Made by a program: the position numbers and the translations under genes. Under the pieces are notes generated by a model. It made no database searches and was not told the origin of the DNA. It worked only from the letters and a program-made list of their open reading frames with translations. A stretch of 63,709 nucleotides of DNA, counting the filler, from Phoronis australis (taxonomy: Eukaryota; Animalia; Phoronida), in assembly GCA_002633005.1 (NCBI GenBank). It is 8 parts of 8 records of this genome, joined end to end, with 100 filler letters (N's around TTAATTAATTAA, not from the genome) between each part and the next. Parts side by side here need not be neighbours in the genome. Positions count along the whole stretch, not along the records: positions 7,153 to 15,256 come from NMRA01001936.1; positions 15,357 to 20,637 come from NMRA01002374.1; positions 20,738 to 24,789 come from NMRA01002728.1; positions 24,890 to 31,229 come from NMRA01001229.1; 4 more parts are not named here. One strand, given 5' to 3'. The first letter of the stretch is position 1. The number at the start of each line of letters is the position of its first letter. Shown piece after piece: positions 13,377 through 24,959 of the stretch.

Positions 13377-13689
13377 ATGGCAACTTTAGTGCTTTTTCTA
13401 AAACATTCAGGATCTCTTAATCATTTGAAATCTACTTGTGTCAGGCTGTCAAGCCCAGGTCTACAGTATCACCATGTAAGACAGTTTGTAACATTTAACA
13501 AAATATGCCATAGAAACTTCAAGCGTGTTAATAAGTCTGTGATTGGATATATGACACGAGATGTTCCGAGGCGAAAAGTATTTCTCAAAGGTGATGCCCC
13601 AGAGAAGGCAGTGAAGTTATCTGCAGCGAAGCACAGTGATGTAACACGTCTGATGCGATTGGCTAAACCAGAGAGATGGAGATTGTTAG
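13377..13689 (+). CDS. ABCB10: Mitochondrial ABC half-transporter ABCB10, first coding exon
   Basis: Basic presequence-like N-terminus poor in acidic residues, then RLMRLAKPERWRLL; donor G|gtactc. Confidence 0.85.
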
Positions 13690-14853
13690 GTACTCAGCTT
13701 CTTATTAAGCTTTGTTTCATAGTTTTTAATTTCTGCTTCAAAATGAAGATTTTTATGGAGAGTTTGTTGCTGCTGACAGGTGGTCTTTGTTGGATTCAGA
13801 GTCCTCTTGCTCATCTCAGGTTAAAAGGTATAGTCAGTAAGTGCCTGTGTTTTCTGATGTGAGGGAATTTTTGCAATGGGATTAAAAATGCACATCGCGT
13901 TATGCATTGCTAGATTAACTACCGATATCAACTTTCCATGTGGTTTCACTGTGACTAGCTTGAATAAAGGGCTGTGATGAATTATTTTCTTAACACAATA
14001 CAATGATAAAACTGTTTTCAAATTTTGCTACATATAATAAACAACTCTGTCTAAAGGGTGTAAACCATGTCATTTTAGAATGTGAACTTTTCTGATTAAA
14101 AAAATTCTGATGATGCCGAGTCTCTAGACCAGTGGAAACTGATTTTAACCTCGATGCAATTTTTTATTATTTGAGGGAGGGTTAGGAATTGTGGGGTTTT
14201 GAATGTTCAAAGGATGCTTAGGCCGATATTTGCCCCAATAATGGAACATTGATATTCTCTTACATGTACAGTGTTTTATATGGAGTTGTCATCTGTGCTG
14301 ACAAATCTATACAAAATGATTACTGCATTCAGTCTGTGACAATGAAATTGCAGTGTTAATAAAAGAATGGGACCTTGGTTTTGGTTTATATGGTAAAGTA
14401 TCGCCTATTTAGGGTACAATATGTTGAACGAGTGTAATTTTATTTTCTCTCCTCATAAACAATCAGTAGCACCACTCTGTAATGTTGAAGTTCCTTACTG
14501 TAGCTATCACCAAACATTATTTTAAAAAACTGTGCGTATCCACAGCAATGTTAGGAGCCACAGAGAAATGAAAAGGGCTATTTTGCCAACCATTTTTATC
14601 CGAAATTTGTGTGAGTTTATCGTAGTTCGAGTCATCACTGACACAACTGACAGCAATACACTAATAACACCAATTAAGACTGCAGTGATGTCACGACTGA
14701 AGTTGATCAAGATGGTGAAACTGTTGATTCCATTGATACTGATACTGAGGACTTGTTTCAGTTTGCCAATTGCCAACATACAGAAGGAATATTTGCAGAG
14801 CTTTGTTGAAGCTGATGATGATGTCAATGGTAAAAACTCTTCGTGTTTTGCAG

Positions 14854-15066
14854 GCGCAGTTGGTTTACTTCTGATCTCCAGCGTAACTACAATGGCGGTT
14901 CCATTTGGAATGGGCAAGATTATTGATATTATTTACAGCGGATCATCTGGTCAAGCTGATGACCAGATGATGACCAGACTACAGACAGTGGTCACCATAC
15001 TGTCGGGGGCCTTCTTAGTCGGGGCTGCAGCCAACTTTGGACGAATTTACCTGATGAGTACTTCAG
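14854..15066 (+). CDS. ABCB10: ABCB10 second coding exon (TM1-TM2)
   Basis: GAVGLLLISSVTTMAVPFGMGKIIDIIY...FLVGAAANFGRIYLMSTSG, typical of ABCB10/Mdl1. Confidence 0.92.
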
Positions 15067-15256
15067 GTATGTATAAAGGACAGGATGTCACCTGATGAGT
15101 ACTTCAGGTATGTATAAAGGACAGGATGTCACCTGATGAGTACTTCAGGTATGTATGAAGGACAGGATGTCACCTAATGAGTAACTCAGGTATGTATGAA
15201 GGACAGGATGTCACCTGATGAGTACCTCAGGTATGTAGAGGATGAAGGACAGGATG
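15049..15256 (+). repeat. 41-bp tandem repeat (5 or more copies) of exon end plus donor
   Basis: ACCTGATGAGTACTTCAG|GTATGTATAAAGGACAGGATGTC repeated up to the contig end. Confidence 0.95.
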
Positions 15257-15888
15257 NNNNNNNNNNNNNNNNNNNNNNNNNNNNNNNNNNNNNNNNNNNN
15301 TTAATTAATTAANNNNNNNNNNNNNNNNNNNNNNNNNNNNNNNNNNNNNNNNNNNNGAGGTGAAAAGAAGATAGAAGAAAGCATATGTATACAGGAATGA
15401 GAAATTAGATGGGAGAGAGGGAGATATGGGAAGCTACGGGAGGGTGGAGAGATAGAAATCGACATTTTACCTGTCACACCCATGTATGCAGGAATAGGAT
15501 ATTTGCCGCACTTTCCGTTGGTTACAACGTAGGCAACTTGCTGACAGAAGCGAAAATAAAAGAAAAAATCAGTTTTAATACACACTGACAACGAGAAATT
15601 TCGTTCTTGCTTTCCGTGCCAAAATGATTAATCGTACGCTGTTTTTTCTCAAAATTTCCTAAAATATCATTAAAAACTATTATTGTTTTAAAGCTACTAT
15701 AAACAGTCCTATGGCTACAAAAACAACCATATATTAGAGCACTTAAGGCTTTGGAACTGATCTGAAATTGTTAAAATAATTATATTAGATGTTATCTGTT
15801 GGTTTGGTAAGAAGTGACAGTCAGTTATTACTTAACGATATTTACAACCTAATTAAAAATTGGCCGTTTTTTCAATATTCCACACACA

Positions 15889-16016
<128 letters not shown>

Positions 16017-16590
16017 TCTAGAAAGTACCTTATCTTTATTTTCGGGGAAATTCAAATGTGAAATATATACCATGTAGCGAGAAAAAATGTGTTTATAACG
16101 CCATAGTTCCGTATGCCAATTTCATGTATTATATTGCATTTGTCATTTCTGATGTGCAGTTTACTGTGAACTGGAAGTAAATGCAACCCTGAAGATGAGA
16201 TATGTGGCACGAAATATCGTTTTGTAAATTATGTTACCCACTGATGTCTATTGGGTTTTATTGCACTGTTGTGGTGTAAACACAATATCTATATTTAGAG
16301 AGTTTGAAAGAACCGAAATTAAACTGATAAAACCTGAGGAAGTTGTGTGTTCAGTGAAAGTTGCATACGACAAAGATCACGGCCAGATTATAGTAACTTA
16401 TGCTTGATAAACATTTTACCGCCAATTCGCAAATTCGCCTTTTCTAACTTAATTTTAAGGAACTATAACTGTTTTACTATCCTATAACCATACAAGCGTA
16501 TGACCTGGAGACAAAATTTCTTTCCTCTTCAGTGACCATATATAATAACGTACATGATGTCACCCGGAGAAGGACGAACTTTGAATGAGC

Positions 16591-16633
16591 ATAACAACAT
16601 CAACAACAACAACAGCAGCAGCAGCAGCAGCAA
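16591..16633. repeat. (AAC)n(AGC)n trinucleotide tract
   Basis: Seen directly. Confidence 0.85.
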
Positions 16634-17708
16634 GCGCGTTCGTGAGGAAGTACGTTACACAGTAAACAATACCTAGCATGTTAACGATGGCAATAGCCAC
16701 GACTCAGGGTTACATTACCAGAACCATTCGATATCACCCCAAATGTTCCTTTCTAAAACGGAAATCGGCGTAACGGGTTATAATGCCATGCACTGAATGG
16801 AGCGTTTTTAAACAATACATACATTTGTGCGAAGTTGGCAGCAACGGTAATAATATTTTCAAATAACCGTTGCTAAGAAGTATGTCCGACAGTTGTTCAT
16901 CCTTTGTATCAAATGATGAACGTTGACAAATGGGGCAACTTTTCTTTTGTTTACTATGCATAAATGTTCCATGTAACCCGCAAGTATGGTTAAATGTGGC
17001 TAGCAGGTTACACGTACTTAGCAAACTCTGCTAAGGAGCAAATAAATTTTTGGCAAAATTCACTTAAAGCAGCATTCTTCCCGTTTCGCTGGCTAAAGAA
17101 ATAAAAATCATTTTTTTACTTTTATCAACCCGATCTCATAAAACGGCTTTCCATGATGATATTCTGTTTACCCGGGGTCATTTTTCAATGTTGAAAATTA
17201 CCCCCAAATCACTTTTGAACTGAAAAGTGGCAATTTTAACGTTTAAACTTGACCCGACCAGTTAAATAACGACCTTCCTCGTGTGAAAAAGTGACCACTA
17301 ATTCTGACCCCTGGCTTTGACGTTTGTTGGAGCAATGAGCTAAATACATACACGCAGCTCATGGGTCGGAGGATGCTTTACAGAGGAGTCGCACTATCAC
17401 ACTCAGCAGCAAAATGTTTGGGTGGCCACTCGTAGCTATACGTGTTCACAAGATTTTGGAAAGTCTTCGGATAGGCCCTACGGGATTTGTTTCTCCTCAG
17501 CCTCTTCTTACGGGCAGTTCGTCTTCCTGTTGCTGGGTACACCTCTAAAATCAACCATCTGGATACATCTATACAAGTTATTCCTTAATGCTAGGCACCG
17601 AAATGAATAAATTCTTCGTGCATGAATAGAAATAAAAATAAAAATAAAAGAGCAAAAATAGAGACTATTTATTGTGACGCCTATTACTGGTGGGAAAAAA
17701 AATAAATT

Positions 17709-17770
17709 GACACTAGGGGCACAGAGTTTGTCGGATCCGTCCCAACGTCGTCGTTCCCTGTTGTCAACTT
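17709..17770 (-). repeat. Fragment of the same HINE-like family as 22-1109
   Basis: CACTAGGGGCAC..GTCGGATCCGTCC..GTCGTC matches the reverse complement of 163-223. Confidence 0.6.
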
Positions 17771-17889
17771 ATACTATTTGACTTTGCAATCCCTGTTTCA
17801 TGTCCAAGAAATTTCACCCATTTTATTCAGAGATAAGTAATCTTCTTATCTATGGAATTTTATACCCTTGTCAAAAACAATTATATTCA

Positions 17890-18862
17890 TCTTTTTCACT
17901 TGCCTTGCTCATGAGTTTTAATCAATACGTCTCTCTTTGCTCTCTCACCCTAGTTACTCCAAATAAACTTAAAAGTGCTTGAGTTCAATTCATTCATAAT
18001 AATATCTGATGGAGTAGGCAGGGTTGTCATTATGTAAATAATTTTTGGCACCATCAAGGTCTTTAACACCGTAACTGTCGCAAAAAGAGGGTGTAAGTGC
18101 CGACGCACTCTTGAGTTTGTAGTCTGACTATATTTGCCATCTGTTGGTGGTTTATGTGTTTGCTCTCCAGCTTCTACCGCGTATATTTTCCNAGGCAGGG
18201 TTGTCATTATGTAAATAATTTTTGGCACCATCAAGGTCTTTAACACCGTAACTGTCGCAAAAAGAGGGATTTTTCTTGTAGACCAAATTCTTATAAGATT
18301 ATTGATTTCACCAGTCTTCTCACTGTAGTTGATTTCAATATTTTTTTTCTTAAATTGATACCCGAAACCTTAAATTCCGTTATGCTCTATATAACTTCCA
18401 TGTTGCATGATGAAAAGCATGTTTACTAGCCATTAAAATAACATTTGTTTTGGAATAAAACATGTCTGTATTTTCACTTAAAACTTCCATAGTAGCTTCT
18501 AAACTACACCGAGAACCATCTAAGAAAAACGTTGTGTCATCAGCATACTTAGTAAGTATAAATTCATCATTTTTATTTGAATGCTTTTAATTTCCCTATC
18601 TTGTTTCGTCATCATAGCTAATATTTCAGCACATAGAATGAAAACATACAGCCCTTGTGCAGAGTAAAACCTCTGGACAGAAAACGGTTTTGAACAATGT
18701 GTGACACCGGACAATTACAAAAAGTTTTAATCCAACGCTTGAGGCCTTGAAATTAAAAATATCCAAACCGTTATTTATGAAGTTCCATGACAAAATTGAC
18801 AAGCTGTCAAAAGCTTTTTCAAAATATATTTGTAACAACAGCCTCGATATAACATTTTTCAC
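17890..18862 (-). mobile_element. Degenerate L1/Tx1-clade LINE reverse transcriptase fragment
   Basis: FEKAFDSLS..WNFI, FILCAEILA, YADDT, TVLKTLMVPKIIY..FKFIW, with stops and frameshifts. Confidence 0.8.
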
Positions 18863-19524
18863 GGAAAAAATTATCGATCATGAACATGGTTGTAAACACC
18901 GGGAACAACGATTACAGTTTTGAATTTATTCTCACTTTGAAAGTTCTTAAATAACATATTTGAATAATTCATGAAAAGGACATGTGATATAGTTTTTGAA
19001 TTTTGTGAATCGGACAAGACACGTGACTTGTTATAACCAAAACTGGCATATAGACCACAGACTGTACTTTGATGTATTAAGTATGCAAAGTGCGCAACAT
19101 AACGGACCAAATACAAAGGATAAGGAACCAGAAGTTGGAAATTGAGGAGAGTTAAGTGTTACCGTAGATTTCGGAGCATGATGGAGTAAGCGCAACAACG
19201 GAGCATTACTTGGAGACACAATAAATAGAATGTGCAAAATGACGGATATATACATGTATGGTCATGTCTCATCTTGGGCTATAAATAAAATGAAGCGTTG
19301 ATTTTTATCCCTCGCTCGAGTGTCTACTGGCTCAACTATTTTTGGGGCCAGTGGCTCTTGTTTGAATGTATCGAATGTTCTTCCCCCGTATGTATTCCTC
19401 AGGTATAATGGGAAAGATTTGTGAATAATATCACCTGCATGTATAATATCACCTGCATGTATATTTCTGTTGTCAGTGCATAAATAAGTTCTACAACTGT
19501 AAGTCCGATGGTTCTATTTCACAG

Positions 19525-19794
19525 ATCTATCACAAGTTACAAATTTGAGAGTGACCGCACGATTCATTTCAAGTTTGGAAATCACATGGACTCTTGCTGT
19601 TGGCGACAAAGAAAGATATGATGTGCTATGCACCTCAATAGAGGGCGCGTCGTCGGTTATTGTGGTCGTGCCATTTGACTCCAATAGAGCAGTATGTACC
19701 GAGCTGACGCCTGGCGTTCAATACCAAGTGAAAGTTGCAACAAAGAAGACTGGCTGGGAAGACGTCGTTTCGCCTAAAGTTCTTGCAAAGACAA
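19525..19794 (+). CDS. Single fibronectin type III module exon (cell-surface or ECM protein, e.g. receptor PTP-like)
   Basis: 270-nt phase 1-1 exon: VTNLRVTAR..SLEITW..Y..LTPGVQYQVKVAT. Confidence 0.82.
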
Positions 19795-21588
19795 GTGAAT
19801 AGTTACTTAATTACGATTTTGTAATAGTGCATGCTCTTGTATAGGCAGCTTAGGGAACGGACCGCTAACTTTGTTATCAATAGGCGACATTTTGCTTCGG
19901 AGTATTACCAGCTGACGAATTACACTGGCAACTCTTCTATGCACACGTCCATGTTGTATCACTAGTCTGTTAGTGCATTTTCTCGAACACGTATTTCAGC
20001 TAAAACGCCCTACTGTAGAGAGTAAGCTTCACATAGATGTCGCTACATAGTGTGCAAGCTTCATTTTAATTCCAGTAGTTTCGACAATGCCCTCCAATGA
20101 TATCATAAAAAAGAAGATAACCAATAAGCAGTATCAAAGAATAGAGTATTCTGCTTATCTGGCGTCAAGACTAGAGTAGTCTGCTTATCTCAGTGCCATT
20201 CATCATTACGATTGGTATTTCGAAAAAAGTGAAGCTAAAGAAACGAACTCTTGTCTCTTCCATACCAAGGTCCACTTTATAGTTGTAGAAAAACTAGTCT
20301 ACATGTCTCAAAACTAAACATCAGTAAGTACATGAAGGTGGTCCAGGAGGATCTGGAAAACTGGGCTTAGACTCTCATAAATGATGTCGAGAAAATGTGG
20401 TTGAACCGCCGGGGTAAAATAAAGCCAACTTTTAGCATTCCCAATAGTACAGAGCAGAGTCGTCATAAAATGTGTACAACGTCTGCTAGGTTCTGTCTAG
20501 GTTCTCTCCTGGCTTTGCTCTTTCATAGAAACTGAAATTGACAGAAAGAGGACAAATGATTGTGATTGTTTGTATTTTGGACTACAAAAATAAGTCATTA
20601 TCATTCGTCAAAGTAGTTTTGTGTATGTGTGTTTGTGNNNNNNNNNNNNNNNNNNNNNNNNNNNNNNNNNNNNNNNNNNNNTTAATTAATTAANNNNNNN
20701 NNNNNNNNNNNNNNNNNNNNNNNNNNNNNNNNNNNNNATTAACGCATCTTTTGATTTATTGTTCACCAAAAAGCCATTCAAATGTAAGGCTAGGCAAAAA
20801 TTAGATACAACATACGAAGTATCAGAGCAGATTCCGTAGCCAAGGCATCACACTTCATACACTCTATACTTTATGAGCGTTTTCACGCAGTCAAATGATA
20901 TTTTGCCATCGGAATTACGTCACTTCGATCTGAAATGACCTTGTGCTTTAGCTTGATAACTTAATTTCCACATTCTAAAGAGTAGTGGTACGCTTAAAAC
21001 CACTACTAGTTAATATATTCTAGAAGAACATCACACAGTGACTTGTACAAATTACGTGTCTCACGTTTGTTTTGGGCCGTCAACTCGTACGTTGTCAGAG
21101 TCAGCCATTTTTACCATAGTTTTGTTTATACTTATTTCATTTTCCTGATTCGAAAAATTGTTATGTTGGCTTCTCACCATGTTCAAGCCATAGCGTCCTT
21201 CTAGTCTCATTGCGCGAGGTTTCCAAATCGAAATTGCCAGGGCAAAAGTTTCATAAAAAATAATCGGTTTAGCACGTGTGTGCATGTAAATTATCTAAAC
21301 CTTCAGCGCATTGATGATGTTTTGTCATGGATCTGACACTTGGCCAGATATTTAATGTCCAAAAGACACAGATCCCACAGCAACTTAGCGACTGCTTCTT
21401 GACACATTCCAACCCTGAAAAGCTTATTAGAATATCAGTTGGATTGTGTTACCCAGTTCAACTATGAGTTGTGCGTCCACACCAGGCACACTCTGCCACG
21501 TTTTACCTCCAATAAGTGAGGCAATTGGGAGACTAATTGCACAGGTCCCACTTGTCAAGGGTAAGAATTGGTACTTAATTACATGTAC

Positions 21589-21753
21589 CTTAGCTTTGAT
21601 ACGGTCATCAATTAAGATGTTATCCAATTTAAGATCGGCATGAACCAGACGTACGTCGTCGTGCAGATACCGCATGGCTTCTGATACATCTATCATCATC
21701 TCAACCTGCAAAACGTCGTCACTATATTTCACTTTTGTAGTTACGTATCCGGT
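21589..21753 (-). pseudogene. Protein kinase fragment (subdomains VIa-VIb), non-RD
   Basis: DVSEAMRYLHDDVRLVHADLKLDNILIDDRIKAK bounded by ag/gt; no DFG exon found downstream; neighbouring kinase-like segments are broken. Confidence 0.7.
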
Positions 21754-23840
21754 CTGTAAGAACATGTTCTCGAATATCAAATACCAATGGTAAGTGACGA
21801 AACTAAGAGCAACGCAAAGCGTTGGCAAGCGCCCTCTTTGGGGCATCACAAAAGGTACATGTATGACAGTGGGGAGCTCGTTGAGCTGATGGAACACAAC
21901 AAGACCAATTATGTAATGATTTTGATCACCCTTAACGTCAAATTAGGCATACTATTTATATCTGGAGAGTTAAATACATCCAAAAGTCTACTGTCTAATG
22001 TCGTAAATGCACTGACATTAACTCCTAATGCTTGCGTTTCATCCGAGTCAATCTTCCTCGTCGCAAGCACACCCTAACTGGTCAAGATTGGGCAACTCGA
22101 CCAGTTTGCGCACCACAGAATCTGCCGATTTAGATAGAAGACACCATGCTGTTGTAGTTAATCAAATCACCCCAGGCTGCTGATGTTATCGTTCTCTATA
22201 TAATTAGACCATCATAAACATACTGGGGGCAACTATAGTATTTTTAAATGTTCGTTTTGAAAATTTGTAAAAGCATGTATGAAAAGTTCGTGAAAAGCAC
22301 AAGTGATTCAGTTTGTGAGTTTTGAAAGTTGGACAAGGAATGTGACTTTTACAACCCAAAACGTTTGCTTAATTTTGCAATATGTTCCTCGTTAATTTTG
22401 CTGGGTGTGCAACACAATTGGGCCAATTACCAAACCACAAGACAGCAGTTGGATTTTAAAGTAAGTCAAGTGTCATCTTGGAATTCTTGGCATCAGTGAC
22501 TCGCGATTACCGGCAGTCAATTGTTGCCATTTGCTTTGAGAGCGATGTCTAGCCTGGAATGGTTTTGTTCCTCGATTTGGCATTACGTACGTCAGAACAA
22601 TCAATGCTAACATTTCAGATGTAGGCTGAAACTTTGTGTTGAAGTTGGTAGCCTAAAGATTGGTGTTCAGTCGATTACTCTTCCAATTGCCGTTAAATCT
22701 GTTCCAGTATTCGACAATACTTCCCAATTTGGAGGCCCATGTCGTTTTTAGTAGTCTGCGCTGTTGTCTACAGTATGCAATTTGGGCTCCCTTCGGACCG
22801 GGAACAAGTGGGCCGTTCAAACTAATATCAACGTTTACTTAATTACAAATAAAACTTCACTGTTTAAAGCGGTTATTAAGACCCTTAGATGACAAAATAA
22901 TTCTCTCAGACTACCAAACGAAATTATCGGTTCATCACTTACGTTTTCAGGTCATCTTACTCGTAGAAAATTTGCTTTTAATTTATGTACCGTCAAAACG
23001 ATCACGTGGTGTTATAACGTCACTGCACGCGTGCCTTTGAGGCGTGCGTTATGGCGAATATGAATCACATTTTGCTAACATGATATGATTCTCTTCCGTT
23101 TACCAACTCAAGACATTTTTCGAGATCGTAATTTTAGAATTGGCTAAACTCCATAATGTTGAAGCGTGTTCTTGCTGAGGGTTCTATATTCTTGTTGGTA
23201 ACGGAAATGGAATCCTATCACTGTTAGTGATATTACGAGACTAATTTCCTGAGAGTAAAAAACTAATTTCATTTTTGTTTTAGCCAGCTAAACAGGGCAA
23301 TGTGCAACTTGAATAGTGAAGCAGCGAATCAGTGAATTGTAAAACACCAAACGGAGTTAATTTTTTTAAACAAACAATCTTGTCTTGTATGGTGCGCATT
23401 TGATGGCAATAAGAATTTGACAAGTTGTCTCATAATACATCCAAATATTTGAGTGCGAATCATTCTGGTAATAGTGATGCTTTTGTTCTAACTTTTCAAA
23501 TTTGATGAAATGAGACTGTAATAACTAATCATTGTCGATCTACCTCAAACACTGAAGGCAGTGAAGCAAACTGTCGGATATACAAAATTAACAAAATAGC
23601 AACGGTGATCAATATCCACAGCGAGGGTGAAACGCCACTTCAACAACACCAGACAATGAGGATATGTCGGGTATTCTGCAAGAACGCCATGTGCACCGGA
23701 AAACGTCTCCAGATTCGGGCTAGGTCTATCTCAAAATCACTTCAAGCAGTCTTCAACAATGACGTTAAGCTGTCCAACACAGGATCCTGATTGTATCACA
23801 TTTCCAGCTGATACAAGAAAACCCAGTGATTATATGTATC

Positions 23841-23993
23841 CAGTGGCGGATTAAAGGGGGGGGCAAGGGCGCCATGCCCCCCACCCCTAAAATTTGCACA
23901 GATTCCATTTGGCAGTACGGGGTGCGAATGTCTGACGGGTAAAATCCTGGATAATAGTGTGCCACCTAACTCAAAATCGTGGATGCGCCCCTA
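23841..23993. mobile_element. MITE of the CAGTGGCGGATC family
   Basis: CAGTGGCGGAT...GGATGCGCCCCT termini; related ends at 24167, 29679, 41748-41762, 55750, 56227, 56643 and 61291. Confidence 0.6.
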
Positions 23994-24959
23994 GTATTAA
24001 AGGTTCGAAAGCAACATCGATTTGGTTCTTAACTTAATGTTGTTATGTTCCCGTGAGACTTTGCAACAATGTAGCTATGGCAGGCGTGCACGTGCGTTAA
24101 AGGGCGATTGTTTGAGATAGCTTAACAAAGTGACCCATTTAAATTAGTTTGATTTTGATGTAAGTGCAGTGGCGGATCTACGGGGGGGTTCAGGGGGTTT
24201 AAACCCCCCTCGGGCCTGGACCCAAAAATTATAAAAGCGTCTCCAGCAAAACAAAAACGGCCCCGTCAGCGTGTGTAAACCCCAAGTAAAACAACTTGGA
24301 AAAAATTGAGGGGGGTTCACTCTAAAAATATAGTATTTTGCGTTGTGAATTGCTGAGTCTTTGTGGCTCATCGGCAAAACGCGCGGGGATTTACTGTGCA
24401 CGCGCTTCTGTCGACACTTCTGAAGTAGCCAAGCATTTTAGATGGATTCACCGCTGAAAGAGCAGTTCTATAGCTGATTTCTTTAGGTAACTAGCTTCTT
24501 TACTCTAAGATGTATTTTGATTTGATTAGGGGAAATACTGCGATGCCGCAACCCTGATATTCAGGCGAATTGACGTGCAACGTTTTTACCTCATCTGTCA
24601 TGCCGTGTCATTCTATTACACTCCACACGTTTGTAACTGATGTATAGTAAAGTTGTCTTGCGCAATATCATACAGTGTACATGTACATGTAATATTGTGT
24701 ACATGTACATGTACTATTTTTGAAAAAAATTCTTTTTCCGAAGAATTGCCATTGTGGCGGGCGCCGTGGTCTGGTCGCGAGTCCGTTTGNNNNNNNNNNN
24801 NNNNNNNNNNNNNNNNNNNNNNNNNNNNNNNNNTTAATTAATTAANNNNNNNNNNNNNNNNNNNNNNNNNNNNNNNNNNNNNNNNNNNNCAATCTTCGCA
24901 CCGAAAGCTATTAGCACCGGTCTGTAACAACCTGCGCCCACCCACACACGGGGAAAAAC

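Noticed and set aside
14532-14853. N-terminal extension of the 187-aa ORF
   Set aside because: Open intronic frame; ABCB10 similarity starts at the acceptor at 14853, in phase with the previous exon.
15049-15256. CRISPR-like arrays here and at 3860, 10837 and 38357
   Set aside because: These are head-to-tail units with no unique spacers, no cas genes, and a eukaryotic intron or repeat context.
16554-16676. Short poly-Asn/Ser ORF after a TATA-like sequence
   Set aside because: Explained by a trinucleotide microsatellite; no homology or linked exon supports it.
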